64,000 nt of DNA from Hormiphora californensis. Its lineage: Eukaryota > Animalia > Ctenophora. This document shows positions 1-46,993 of this stretch, piece by piece. A program made the translations under genes and the position numbers. Numbering within the stretch: position 1 is the stretch's first letter; each line of letters opens with the position of its first letter. Location of the stretch: assembly GCA_020137815.1 (NCBI GenBank), contig CM035361.1, forward strand, positions 2,170,001 through 2,234,000, read 5' to 3'. The notes beneath the pieces are model-generated. The model made no database searches and was not told the origin of the DNA. It was given only the letters and a program-made list of their open reading frames with translations.

Positions 1-33270
<33,270 letters not shown>

Positions 33271-33655
33271 TTCCGAGGTCACCTCACAGACATTTGACGT
33301 GGTAAAATTGCTAAAAACATGGTTTGGTAGTTAATTTATTGCCCAAAGTTTAAGAAATAGCAGAGAGCATCCATAGAAAAGGCTGACGGCATCGGAACAG
33401 CAAGGAAAATTGAAAAAAGCGAAAAAAAAATTTCTGAAACAGAAAAGGAGAATTTTAAAAATTCAGGAGTTTTAATTTAATTTTGGAGTTTTAATTTAAT
33501 TTTGGACACAGTGCGCGGCTTTCTAAAAATGCGCTGCATTCGCGCCGCGCATGCGAATTTCTCGACAAAAAAGATTCACAAACTTTACAATTTTTTTTGT
33601 GGCGCCGTTCCTTTTTCAGAATCGGTGGTCCACTCATTTTTTGTTTGATTGGGTC
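33271..33655. promoter_or_regulatory. Probable bidirectional promoter region between LYST and ADSS
   Basis: Divergent start codons 385 bp apart; local CpG-rich patch at 33511-33556 including GCGCATGCG (NRF1-like core). Confidence 0.55.
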
Positions 33656-35144
33656 ATGTCTGCGGTTACAGTTGTCTTGGGATCTCAATGGGGAGATGAA
33701 GGAAAGGGAAAAATCGTTGATTTGTTGGCTGAAAAAGTCAACATCGTCGCACGATGCCAGGTAAGCACTCTCGTGACTCGTCCCCGGGGAGACTCTTCAA
33801 CTTTTTCGATCTGTACAACTTTAGTAAAACCTCATTTCAGGGAGGAAACAATGCCGGGCATACTGTTGTAGTCGGTGAGACTCATTACGATTTCCATCTC
33901 CTTCCCTCTGGAATTGTGTACGATAATATTGAGTGTGTTATCGGGAATGGTGTGGTTGTTCATATCCCGTCACTCTTTGAGGAGATGGATAAAAACACTG
34001 CAAAAGGTTAGCGAAACATTTGCTGTCAAAAACCGGTAGTTTCCTCCTTCTCCTTTGCTGCCGCCCACCGGTAGTTTGATCTACAGTACACTGAAGATCA
34101 AACTACCGTTGCTAAAATACATTCCCATTTGTAGGACTGACAGGTATTGAGAATAGACTACTGATTTCCGACCGTGCCCATATCGTGACTGATGCCCACC
34201 AAACAGTCGACGGAGCAAATGAAAAGGCTTCCGGTTCCCTGGGTACTACCAAAAAAGGTAAATTCATGTGTCTGTTCGAAATGATTTATTCTTCGGAATA
34301 CGGTAGCCACTGGGTAATCTCATTTTGCATGTGATAATTTCTTGCTGTAAAGTTACTACCACGGTCGCTAATGTTTGATTACACATAGCAATTTGTCAAG
34401 AACTGTCATCTACACACACAAACAGTTCTCTTGTTTCCTCAATATTCCCTCAATTTCCCCTCTTTTTCCAGGCATTGGCCCGACCTACTCCAGCAAAATG
34501 AAGCGAAACAACCTCCGAATGGTAGATCTACTGGGAGATGAGGCTGCTTTGAAGGAGAAATTAGCAAAAATACTGACAGAGTTCGCACAGGCATACCCTG
34601 GAGAAAGTTTTGATGTGGAGGCTCAGTGGGAAAGGTTGAGGGGGTACCTTGAAAGAGTCAGGCCTATGATCAAAGTAGGTTTTCAAAAAGAATTTCTTGT
34701 TTCGATTACCCAATACCTTACCTTGCTCGACCCTCTTTTACAAATGTAAAGCAGGGTTAAAACATAACAACCAATACCCATTTATTTCATCTAATGCCTA
34801 CTTCTGCCACTCTATCTCCTATACTTTATTCTACAGGACTCAGTCTTGTTTATGCATCAGTCTATGGCCAGCGGGAAAAATATTCTTGTAGAGGGTGCTA
34901 ATGCGACCATGCTCGACATCGATTTTGGTACGTTCACCATCATTTGTGTGCTATCTGGTCAGGTGTTTTATTTTTATCAAAATAAGGACTTTTCTTAGTA
35001 CTCACTTTTAAAAACAGTCTATTGTTTGGCGGTATTTTGAATATTTACACAGTGGACCGTAATGAGAGTCTAAAACTCTGGAATTCGTTACCCGCTGACA
35101 GATAACCAAGTCTAGAGATAGGGAGAACGTTTCTCTCTCTCTCA

Positions 35145-35219
<75 letters not shown>

Positions 35220-38200
35220 TCTCTCTCACTCCCTCTCTCCACAGGTACCTATCCCTATGTAACAAGTAGCAACTGCACTGTTGGAGGTGTTTGTACTGGA
35301 CTCGGAATTCCACCTTCAAAAATAAGTAAATCAAAAATCAAGAAGTTGACTCGATCCCTAGAAAATATAATGATATGTCTCTTTTGATCTACCAAACCCT
35401 CTCAGAACGCATATTTTATGAAATAGAATGTGGTGTGTGCCACACAACGTCTCTTATAGTTCCATGTTTCCCTCTCTAATTTGTGATTATCCTCCTTATA
35501 GATGAAGTTATTGGTGTAGTAAAGGCCTACACAACCCGGGTCGGTGCTGGGACTTTCCCAACTGAGCTTACCGATGTAAGTTAGAGTTCACCCTTCTTTC
35601 TCTTTGGGACTTATTGATTTGGAGTTCACCCCTCTCGCTCTTTTTCTTTGAGAATGTTTGTTTATGTTTCACATTTCTAGCATGTTCCATCTCGCTATCA
35701 CAACAATTTGCTAACAAATCCACCCCCTGTTGAGGGGCAGGCACAAGAAACATAAGGGTGATTTTCTTGTGTCCGCCCTCCCCCTTGGTCGAAGACTATG
35801 AAAAACCACTCTGTTGTGTAGGAGATTGGAAAGGCGCTGGGAGATATTGGCCACGAATACGGTGTAACCACGGGAAGGCGTAGGAGGTGTGGGTGGTTGG
35901 ATTTAATGGTACTTCGGTATACTCACATGATCAACGGGTTTACTAAGTAAGATACTGTACATGTACATGTCTGTCTGTATTTGTTACGAACATTGTGAGT
36001 GATGAATTAATAGTTTGGGGCTATTCCGAGTTTCAATTTTAGTTTCAATATACCAAGGTTAATAAAATAATTGTAGTTTGAGGGTGATTGTTTAATTTCT
36101 CCCAGGCTTGCTGTTACAAAACTAGATATCCTGGATACATTTGAGGAACTGAAAGTGTGTACTGGGTACAAGTTGGATGGGGTTGAGTTGTCTTCCTTCC
36201 CTGCAGATCATGGTCTACTGGAGAGAATTGAACCAGTTTACACCGTTTTAGAGGTATAATAGTAACGTGGTTTCTAGCACGTTTTAGAGGAATTTTAATG
36301 TGTTTCTAGCACGTTTTAGGTGTGTGTTATTACCCTTTCTAGCACATTTTATAATTGTATTGTTTAATGTGTTTTTCGATATTTCCACCATGAGCTCAGT
36401 ATGCCTATTGTTTAGGGACCTCACCTGTGTCTATTGTCTAACCTTTCGTTTGTTTTTGTTGGAAGTGCGCCAACTATTGTCTACATCTGGTATTGTACGT
36501 TTGTACAAGGTGGGCCACGGATTGTTGGTCATGGTTAGCGAGGTGGTGCGTCAAAACGGTGATAGTTGTGAGAATAAAAGTTATGGGAGCACTCTGGATC
36601 AATTCCTTGGTAACTTTTTCCATAATTTTTTGTCAAAAATTCGAAAATTCATTTTTCATTCCTTCATTCATTTCTCGTTCATTCATGATGTGAGCATCCT
36701 AATTTTCCATCATTAGGCTATTTTTCTTTGGCTTGAATTTATCTTTCCAATGAGCACCATGAAAATGAAATTGAAGCACCAGGTCACTCAGCAGTCGAGA
36801 AAATGTTCATGCATGATTTTGGCTCTTTTTGAGACTTTCAAACAGCTGTATCACAGCTACCTTTCGTTCAATCTTCTTACAACTTTGGCCCAAAGTCTTT
36901 GGGAAAACATTAGATAAGCAAAGATCTTTGCTCACAACAAAAATCAAGGCCAAAGGTCAAAGTTCATTTTTCATTTTTGTTAGTTCATTCCGTTCATTCA
37001 GGAACCAACATCCATAAAGTGATGAAAAGGTTTGGGTTTTGTTTGGCCCATGTCCTGCAATGACAGAGAGGTGTAATATCGTGTTTCCGGGCTAGTTTGT
37101 GGGTGTCCATGTGATCATGATGATATCTGACACCTTTTCTGAGCCATAACTAAGGGATTTTCTCAAATTCAAGCATGTAACTTGGTTTTTCTGCGATTAG
37201 TACCGTGCAGCAATGTTATGAGATCTCACAACACCTCAAAAATGATGATTAGCTCAATGAAATGAGTTGATTTATGATTGAAAAGATTAAAACCGATGTC
37301 AAATTGAACGAAACGAACAATTACATCATAAATCAACTCATTTCATTGAGCTAATCATCATTTTTGAGGTGTTATGAGATCTCATAACATTGCTGCACGG
37401 TACTAATCGCAGAAAAACCAAGTTACATGCTTGAATTTGAGAAAACCCCTTAATTATGGCTCAGAAAAGGTGTCAGATATCATCATGATCACATGGACAC
37501 CCACAAACTAGCCCGGAAACACGCTATTACACCTCTCTGTCATTGCAGGACATGGGCCAAACAAAACCCAAACCTTTTCATCACTTTAGGGATGTTGGTT
37601 CCTGAATGAACGGAATGAACTAACAAAAATGAAAAATGAACTTTGATCTTTGGCCTTGATTTTTCTTGTGAGCAAAGATCTTTGCTTATCTAATGTTTTC
37701 CCAAAGTTGTAAGAAGATTGAACGAAAGGTAGCTGTGATACAGCTGTTTGAAAGTCGCAAAAAGAGCCAAAATCATGCATGAACATTTTCTCGACTGCTG
37801 AGTGACCTGGTGCTTCAATTTCATTTTCATTGGAAAGATAAATTCAAGCCAAAGAAAAATAGCCTAATGATGGAAAATTAGGATGCTCACATCATGAATG
37901 AACGAGAAATGAATGAAGGAATGAAAAATGAATTTTCGAATTTTTGACAAAAAATTATGGAAAAAGTTACCAAGGAATTGATCCAGAGTGCTCCCATAAC
38001 TTTTATTCTCACAACTATCACCGTTTTGACGCACCACCTCGCTAACCATGACCAACAATCCGTGGCCCACCTTGTATAAACTATAAGGTCATAACGCAAA
38101 ACTCCTTTGTCGGGGAAAACGGTTATTTGGGTCACCAAGTGAAGAATTCAAATTGGCTTCTTATTTTAAATTAACGGGTCAGTGATCTAAATTTCCTCTT

Positions 38201-38465
38201 CCCCAATCCCCAGGGTTGGAAATCTTCTACAATAGATTGCCGGACATACGATTCTCTTCCCGAACAAGCTAAAACATACATCCGCTTGATAGAGGAATTT
38301 TTAGGAGTGAAAGGTGAGAAATCGTAATTCACATTTATAAAGAAACTAGAACCTGAGAGAAATTAAAGTTTCTCCCGATAATTCTGAAGTGTTCTAACGC
38401 GTATTTCTTTTTCAGTTTGTTGGATCGGTGTTGGTCAATCTAGAGACTCCATCATTGTTGTTTGA
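33656..38465 (+). CDS. ADSS: Adenylosuccinate synthetase, 11 exons
   Basis: [102 protein letters not shown]. Exons 33656-33760, 33841-34006, 34135-34257, 34472-34674, 34837-34927, 35245-35325, 35502-35575, 35822-35946, 36106-36253, 38214-38313, 38416-38465. Confidence 0.97.
36506..38074. mobile_element. Tc1/mariner-type foldback element with ~760-bp TIRs, in ADSS intron 9
   Basis: TA|caaggtgggccacgg ... ccgtggcccaccttg|TA; arms ~36506-37278 and ~37325-38074; 46-nt spacer; no transposase. Confidence 0.9.
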
Positions 38466-38954
38466 AGAAACTGATCCAGCTACATCATTTACAAAGCTGA
38501 AATAGAGCGTTGGATAAACGATAGAACGAATTGGAGAGAGATAGAGTGAGAGAGAGAACTAATTTTAGCCGCATTTTTTTAAACCACTCATGTTTTTAGA
38601 TCCCATTATCACCCCATATTTCACCTTGGCCAGGTGGCGAGAGAAGTTGTTTTTGTATGTTTGATGGAATGTTGTTTGCCACCACTAACTAATTCTACTT
38701 GAACCCCCTTTTTGTGTTTAAAACAAGCGTTTATCTTCCTCATTAAAAACAACAAGAACATGCTTTCTCATTCAAAACAAAAAAACACTTCCAGACTGAA
38801 ATCGGAGACATTCCATACTCTTAGTACTGTAACAGGGGTAACTACTCAGTACCAACATTGCAATGACATTACAATGACAAAACAAGTTATCTAGACAGTT
38901 CTATGGTGAGGTCAAACATTCAATTTAAACACAACTAACCACTCTTTAGAAATC

Positions 38955-40781
38955 ATGCCTATCAGAGAGTTGCTAGAGGAACGAGGGGTTACACCCAGCT
39001 CGGTTACAACATGTCTAGTTATCCACGAGACTTTAGGTCAGTATTTCAAGTTATATTTGTTATATTACTGGGCGAGGGAGATAGAGGAACAGATATAAGA
39101 AGAGATAGAGATGAATATGTGACAGTATGAACTAGATACAGTCGGACCCCGATTTAGTGGCATCCTCGGGGGGAAAAAATCCTGCCACTAAATCGGGGTG
39201 CCACTAAATCGGGGTCAAATAATGTTAATTTCCTATATCGGGGGAAAAAATCCTGCCACTAAATCGGGGGCCGCTAAATCGGGGTCCGACTGTAGTATGA
39301 AATATTATGATAATATGCAATGGTATTATCTCTCCCGGTCAGTATGATCAGATCAATTGATCTTCTTTAATTATTGGACTAACGAAAGTCCCCACTCCTC
39401 CATCCCCCTTCGATACCCCTATTCCTCTATATATCTCTCGCTCTATCTCGACAACTCCTGTTCTCTCTCACAGTGGTGATCCGACATAATTCGACCTGGA
39501 ATGCGCCGCACATTTAAGGTCGAATTTCTCGTCGAGCTGTGACAATTATGTCGATTGTCGGATGACCACTGTCAGCACGCTCACGGGTTCATGCAAGGCT
39601 AAATATCATTATTTATCCGACAGCTCGACCAATATATTATCATGGCCGACACACTCTGCAGACTCTCTCCATAAATATGTCCGTGTAAATCGTTACCATG
39701 ACAACTCCTAATGCAGCTACATAATAATGTCTGTGTGTGCAGGTGCCTCTCTTTCTCTCTCACGCTCCGATCTCAAGAGAACCTGTAGCTCTTACAATAA
39801 TTCAAACCCCCAGATTTTAAGGGAGGTATTATACAGTATACGGTAAGAGTCTCAGCTATTGCATGGTATCCTTACATTTTGTCCTTAATCTAAAATGACT
39901 GAGCAGCATGCTTGTTCATCATCCTTGGCGTGTTTTCTAGTCTCGCGAGCGCGCTCGCGACTAGAAATCACGGCATGCAGATCCCCCCCCCCAGATCACA
40001 CCTTGTTAGTCTCTGAGTTTTTACTTTTGTTAACAGACCCCCTTATCGCAGGTCTCTCAGTGTTGCTAGGTTCTTGGGCCGTGTTCTACCAACTACTAAC
40101 TCTACCAACCCTCAACAAACCTCTTAACAAACTATCAGAACATCCCTCCTACAATGGGAAGAAACAGTAAGTTACAGCTATGGAAGATCTTTTTATGTTC
40201 AATTTTCAAACCCTTTTTATTTAAAAAGTCGTCGCGGGACGTTGGGAGAGAGGGTCGAACAAGGCAGGGTAGGACTGGGTAATATCTAAGTTGTCTTCGT
40301 ACTTTCTCTGCGAGTTTTGTTGAAGATGGTACGAACGGTATACAAGGATTTTTGACCCACACATTTCTTTATGCCGCTGGACACATGAGATGTGTACCTC
40401 TCCGACCACCTTATCAGTCATAAGGTTCATATTTCTTAATCTTATGTGATATTCTAATTAATCTGCAGAACTGGCATACCAAAATTCTGCATTCTCCCAG
40501 TCTTCACTATCACATTTCAATTTAATCACAGTGTGCCTTATATTTTCACCAAAAATATATTGCCTATCTCCACCCCAAATTCCATATTCTAACCCCCTAC
40601 TACCCCCTACAGGTGGCTAGAGAAGAGATTACCCGCACTTCACCGTCTCAAGAATGCAGAAAGATTAGCTGTTTCCTTTGGACTATCAGTAGTAGGCCGT
40701 AAAGCTGCCTCACCAGTTTTAATACCTTTAAAACTAACACTTGCCGTGTATTTAACTCAGAGGCTATGGAGAACAAGCTGA
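38955..40781 (+). CDS. Small uncharacterised membrane protein (~122 aa, loosely DUF1279/FAM210-like), 3 exons
   Basis: Phase-consistent exons 38955-39036, 40052-40166 and 40613-40781 give MPIRELLEERGVTPSSVTTCLVIHETLGLSVLLGSWAVFYQLL...WLEKRLPALHRLKNAERLAVSFGLSVVGRKAASPVLIPLKLTLAVYLTQRLWRTS. It is only partly visible in the ORF track. Confidence 0.7.
39139..39292. mobile_element. pogo/Tc1-type MITE, CAGTCGGACCCCGATTTAG TIR, TA TSD
   Basis: TA|cagtcggaccccgatttag ... ctaaatcggggtccgactg|TA. Further copies at 47801-47866 (complete, 66 bp), 819-878 and 24543-24576 (partial). Confidence 0.9.
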
Positions 40782-41188
40782 GTGTGCTGATTCTCTTTTT
40801 TTGCTGAAATGTGAAGTCAGGTGTTACCTAAAGTTTTCGACCAATTTTATTTGACGTCAGAAGTTTTTACCGAATTTTTTTGGTGTGTTGTACCCCTCCC
40901 TCAATTGCTTTATTACATTACCTTGCCATACTGATGTTATCGCTTTTTTCTTCGTTCCCTCTCACACAATACCACAATTGTAACACAGCTGCAGTTGTGC
41001 CGCTGGGGTTTTAAAAGTTCCAGCTTCTTCCGTCGGGTGGACCACATTGACGGAGCGCGCGGGGACACGAAATCAGGATGGGTGGCGCAGAAAATCCGTG
41101 TGGGTGGCGCGCAGCGTGTTGTCAGGGCCGGTGTCTTGTTCCGGGCCACCCCATGTGTGCTCCGTTCCCAATTCCCATGCGGACCCTG

Positions 41189-41414
41189 ACAGTGGTCCTC
41201 CAACATAATTGCCATACCTCGACGTGAAATTCGACGAGAATCTCGACCTGGAATGAGGCGCGCATTCGTAGTGAGAGAGACACAAAGACTAGCGAGAGAA
41301 AAGAGTTGAAGCGCGACATCATTTTCTTACTGCGGCACATCTCTCTGATGCGCGGCTCATTCCAGGTCGAGATCTAGGTCGAATTTCACGTCGGAATATG
41401 TCGGAGGACCACTG
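41189..41414. mobile_element. MITE with CAGTGGTCCTCC TIRs (shorter relative at 39471-39571)
   Basis: cagtggtcctccaacata ... tatgtcggaggaccactg; internal tcgacctggaatg/cattccaggtcga inverted pair shared with the 39.5 kb copy; TSD not clear. Confidence 0.7.
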
Positions 41415-41827
41415 TAACCCAGTCCGCCAACCAAGGACTTCATTAGTCATGGAGCAGAAAACCTCAGTCCATGAACACGGCTCTGGTCCAAGAACACTGA
41501 GACAATTCAAATTAGAGATCCGTTTTCTTTTATTCATGGATAATTCTGGACAAATTGCAAAACACACCGAATTTAATATGGTAAATAATAAAATAAAAGG
41601 CACTACAACAGTAATAAGAGAGTCATAGTGTCTATTCTCCAATTGGAGGTATTGGATGTTCCGCAGCTGGGGTTGTTTCATAAAAATGATATAGCTACTC
41701 CTAGTCCTACTCGACTCAACTCATTCTCTCTCTCAATTTCTCATTCTTTCTCTCTCATTCTTTCTCTCTCCATTTTTCATCCTACTCTGATAGTGAAAGC
41801 GATCGTTAAAAACACATATCTTACCTA

Positions 41828-44800
41828 TTAATCTTCACCAGAAGAAGAACCAGAAGAGGAAGACTCCCCAGAAGAAGATGAGGACCCATCTTTCCGTGCT
41901 GGGGGCAGACTCTTCTTGCTGGTAGATCCCTCTTTCCTGTGAGGGGAGCCCTCTTTCCGAGGTGGTGGTGATCGCTGTTTTGAAGGTTTACCAGGAGACT
42001 TGTTTTTCCGGGCTTCACCACCAGGAGATCTGGATTTATTTCGTCGTGGTGGAGAGGATTTGCTTTTGGGTCGTGGTGATCGCTTCCTAGTTGGAGATCG
42101 AGATCGCTTCTGTGGCGATCGAGATCGCTTCTGTGGGGATCGAGAGCGTTGTTTTCGTGGGGACCGGGAACGCTTTTTTGGAGATCTTGACCGTTTTTGT
42201 GGTGATCGCTTCCTTGGGGATCGCTTTCTGGGTGATCTTGATCTTCGAGATCGGGAAGGTGGTGATTGTTTTCGGGCTGGAGACTTCTTCCTGTCACGGG
42301 GACTAGGAGAGGATCGTTTTTTGTCATCCGCGGGGCTGGCTGACCTGTTTTTCGATCGCTTAACTTCTTTATCCGATGTTGATTTTGTGTCATCTTTACC
42401 AGATTCAGTTCTAACCCTCTTCCCCTGATCTGGCCTATCTTTCTCCTCTCCACCACTTCTTCTTCTCTCTGAATCTCGTCTCTTTTCTCTGGATTTTTTT
42501 TCAGACGTTTCTTTTTCTTCAGCCCTACTGGGAGATCTAGAGGGTGCCCTTTTGGTTCCATTGGAACGAGGTGCAGGGGAGGACCGGCCATCGTCTGAAG
42601 AATCTACGGAACGGTCTGCTTCCTCTCGGAGCTGCACTTCCACCTTAATACCTGGGAGGGAAGGGGAAGACATGAGAGAGGAGTGTCAGGGATTTTCAAG
42701 GAAGTGACAAGGAAAGACATAATACTAGAAGTTAGATAGTTTACTAAAACATACCAGTTTCAGGATTAAATGCTGGTTTCTCACTCTCTTCCTCTACATC
42801 CTCTCCGCTAGCCCGTCTCACCACCTTTGTCACCATTATCTTCTCCAACTTAACAGTGCTGATATTTTCCACGTTCTCTGCCACATTATCTTCATGCTCT
42901 AAAGACACAATATATTACTGTTGTATATGATGTGCGAAGTGCCCTGTCAATTATCATACTCATCACAACAGAAATAGGGAACTAGGGAGGACACTTACCA
43001 AGGAGTTCGTTCTTGATAGTTGATAACTTGTCCTCGTATCCCTGTATCCGCACTTGGTACTCTTCTGTAGGTAGAGGGAGGTTGTGATAGAGAGGGGGAG
43101 GGAGCTAAAGTTCTAAAAACTAAACTTTTTAATCAGACCCAAAACATGAAATCACAAAATTAAAACCACACTGTTCCCACCTCTGTTCCCACTCTGTTCC
43201 CACTCTGTTCCCACCTCTGTTCCCACCTCTGTTCCCACCTCTGTTCCCACCTCTGTTCCCACCTCTGTTCCCACCTCTGTTCCCACCTCTGTTCCCACCT
43301 CTGTTCCCACTCACTGTTAACACGGTGGTTTGAATCCTCAAGAGCATTCTCTGTCTCCTCTGTATGTTCTTTGGGTAGATAATAAATGTACGGTTTAGAT
43401 TTGGTTCTGATAAATCCAGCCAGTCTGTCACGCTCTGTGGTTGCCCGGGTTTTCTGTCGGAGAAAAAGGAAAATAGTATTTAGTTGAAGAAAGATACTGA
43501 AGAAAATTGGAAGAAAGAAAGCTGCCCGGAGAACTGTTGGAAACAGAGAAAAGCAATCTTCAGACTAGGGGAAGCGCTTCAATTCTAGGAGAATAAACAT
43601 ACAATGAGCTAATCCCTGTGCCCCTTTCTAAAAGGGGGTTAAAATGGTATTAGATAACAATATCAATATAAAAATACCGGTCTCCCATGGGGGAGAAGAT
43701 TAATAAATTACTGCATTGATTAAAATTGATTAAATTTGGTAGAATTAAAAGTATTATATAATAAGTTAATGTCATTGAGTTCCCTGTGCCCCCAGCCCCA
43801 ACCCCCATTATTACAATTCTAGGACTGTCTGAACCCGGACCTATCGTGGGACGAGTGCTGACTGGATGCACTTTGCGCGTTAGTGGTCCACCGCGCGCAC
43901 CACTACAATGGGGTGGAGAGAGCGCGGCCAAGGCAGAATTACAGCGGAGTGGCAGGACCGGTGAGTGGCAACAGCAACTGTGAAGTGGGAGTATTGGTAC
44001 TTAGAAAATACCGAGAAACTCTACCTTTTTTCTGAGAAATACAGTAAAACGTACCATTTGAGCCAGTTCCATCTGTTGCTCCAACAACCTAATCTCATTA
44101 TGCACTTCACCCTTACATTTCACCAACTTTTGGCGATCTTCGGCCGTCTTGGCCGCTTCTTGGGCCTCTTTCTTCTCTACTTTTCCCCACATTTCTTGTT
44201 GTTTGATGTCCTGGGAGTATTGTTTGTTTGTTTGTTTGTTTGTTTGTTTGTTGTATTTGTTTGTTGCATTTTAATTCATGGAATTCTTGTTAGAACCAAG
44301 AAATCATTAGGGGCAAGCTAATTTTTGGACAATCCGATAGTCAATAGGCCCCTGAACCACCAAAAAAAAGTCCCAAGCCCAACTCCTGGGGGAAGTGCCC
44401 CTAATTGGCCCTAATTGATTACAGTGTATTTGTAACCATCAATTAAATCGTAAATCGTCTTAGGAAAGGAGTAGAGGGAAAACCAAGGGCACTAAAGTGT
44501 TCAGCGTCCTCGCATTAGTGGGGGTAGGTGCTGGAATTAAGTCTCTATCTCATCTGGTTAATTAGATAATTGGATAATTAGGTTTGCACAGAGCCGTTTT
44601 TTGGCTACATGGCTATAGCCACTTAGGAAAAGAGTAGAGACAAAACCGAGGGCACTAAAATGATCAGCGTCCTCGAATTAGTGGGGGTAGGTGCTAAAAT
44701 TAAGTCTATCTCATCTGGTTAATTAGATAATTGGATAATTAGATCCGCACATAGCCGTTTTTGGCCACATGGCTATAGCCACTTGGGAATGGTTTAGAGA

Positions 44801-46922
44801 CTTTTCACTGGTGCCATTTTGAAGGCAATGGCTAAGTTATGGGGGGTCGTGGTCGGACTTAGCTCTATCTCAAACCGTTTAGCCGTTATTTGGATTCAAA
44901 GATCCACAAAGAGGCTCAAAATCGTACTTTTTACCATTTTTTGCTCATTTTCAGCACCTTTGAATCCAAACAACGGCTAAACGGTTTGAGATAGAGCTTA
45001 AAAGTCCGACCACGACCCCCCATAACTTAGCCATTGCCTACAAAATGGCACCAGTGAAAAGTCTCTAAACCATTCCCAAGTGGCTATAGCCATGTGGCCA
45101 AAAACGGCTATGTGCGGATCTAATTATCCAATTATCTAATTAACCAGATGAGATAGACTTAATTTTAGCACCTACCCCCACTAATTCGAGGACGCTGATC
45201 ATTTTAGTGCCCTCGGTTTTGTCTCTACTCTTTTCCTAAGTGGCTATAGCCATGTAGCCAAAAAACGGCTCTGTGCAAACCTAATTATCCAATTATCTAA
45301 TTAACCAGATGAGATAGAGACTTAATTCCAGCACCTACCCCCACTAATGCGAGGACGCTGAACACTTTAGTGCCCTTGGTTTTCCCTCTACTCCTTTCCT
45401 AAGACGATTTACGATTTAATTGATGGTTACAAATACACTGTAATCAATTAGGGCCAATTAGGGGCACTTCCCCCAGGAGTTGGGCTTGGGACTTTTTTTT
45501 GGTGGTTCAGGGGCCTATTGACTATCGGATTGTGCAAAAATTAGCTTGCCCCTAATGATTTCTAGGTTCAGGCAGTTTTTGACAACATTTCCATGACTTA
45601 TTTGTTTTGTAAAACCAAACAGGAACTGAGCCCTGAGTTGGTATCGAAGACCTTCGCGCGCGCTGGCAAGGGGTAACTTCGTAACCAAAGCCCTAAGATA
45701 CTGCAAGACGTGTATTGTGAAATTGAAAACCGGGGGAAAAAGTTGAGATATAGAATTTCTCAAATTCCTTAACCTGTAGTCCCGGAAAAGTTTTTAAAGG
45801 AAATTTGTCAACAAAATTTACAAATCACTGCGCTGGCAAGCGCAAAGGTGACCATCCCCTCCCCCCAGCCGCGCGTGCCAGAGTGCAGTAATAACTTTTT
45901 TCAGTTTTTAGCCAAAAATGGCATTTTGCGACGCCCATAGCGAGGCCCCCACTGCACCGATCGGTCTGAAATTTGGTATACAGTGTCACATAGTCTACAT
46001 CTACTGTAGTTTAAAAGGGCAAGTCTCTATCTCTTTTAGTTTTAGAGATATGGCATCGTGAAAAAAGCAATAAATGTCCCGGGTCTATCTATCTATCTAT
46101 GTATCTATGGATAGACGCTGTTTTTACCAAATTTATAATCATTTTTGAGAGAAAACGACATAAGATAGACACTTCTCGTTTGTTGCATTCGAAAGATGGT
46201 CGTTCAAATTGTGTAGACGAATGGTTTTCATGTTCTAGGTCCAACCAGAACGTCTTAACAAACTGTCATAAAGATACGAGTTTTTTCAGATCAACCAAAT
46301 TTCTTTGAGCTCGATTTACACCCTGAAGACGGCTTCTGATTGAAAAACGGAGACCACACTTACGAAAGATAATCGTCTATACTTTCAGAAACATATCGCG
46401 AATTTGTGAAACTCTATTTCTAAGGGTCTTAAATCGCGTCTGAAGTGTTAAGACTGTATGAAAATAGATATGACGATAGTACGTTTTTCGCCATAAAGAC
46501 CTCAAATCTTATCCAATCGATCTCAAACTTGGTCAGCATCTTTATCTAGATGAGTCTGATAATATTACATCCCTATCATGACGTTATAACGTCGTGACGT
46601 CACGCTATGACGTCATAATGACGTCAAAATATAAATTTTCGTATTTTAGCGATTTCTGACGGTCTTTACACGTCCAGACATGTCTTACATCGTATTTCAC
46701 ATCAGAAAATACCAAAAATATACCCCAATTATGCCAAAAACTAACAGAAATTAGTTGGCTGGAAAGGTGACCATTTTGTTGTCAAACTGACACCTTTGCC
46801 CGGCCCGGGTTACGGATATCATCGGTGGGGTAAATCAGGGGGTAAATCAGGCAGTTTGAGAAGAGAGAAAGAGAGATAGGGAGAAAGAGAGAGAGAAAGA
46901 GGGAGAGAGAGAGATAGAGAGG

Positions 46923-46993
<71 letters not shown>

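Noticed and set aside
40135-40430. Possible frameshifted minus-strand gene nested in the intron of the 38955 gene
   Set aside because: It needs a frameshift, overlaps a plus-strand exon and includes the interspersed gggtcgaacaaggca repeat; it may be a retroelement scrap.
41821-42591. Alternative 256-aa and antisense ORFs over the Pinin last exon
   Set aside because: These are shadow frames of repetitive RS-coding sequence.
44299-45563. Long palindromes as missed-adapter assembly artefacts
   Set aside because: The arms differ by substitutions and indels and have a unique spacer, and the 36.5-kb foldback has proper TA-flanked termini and a family relative. A read check is still advisable.
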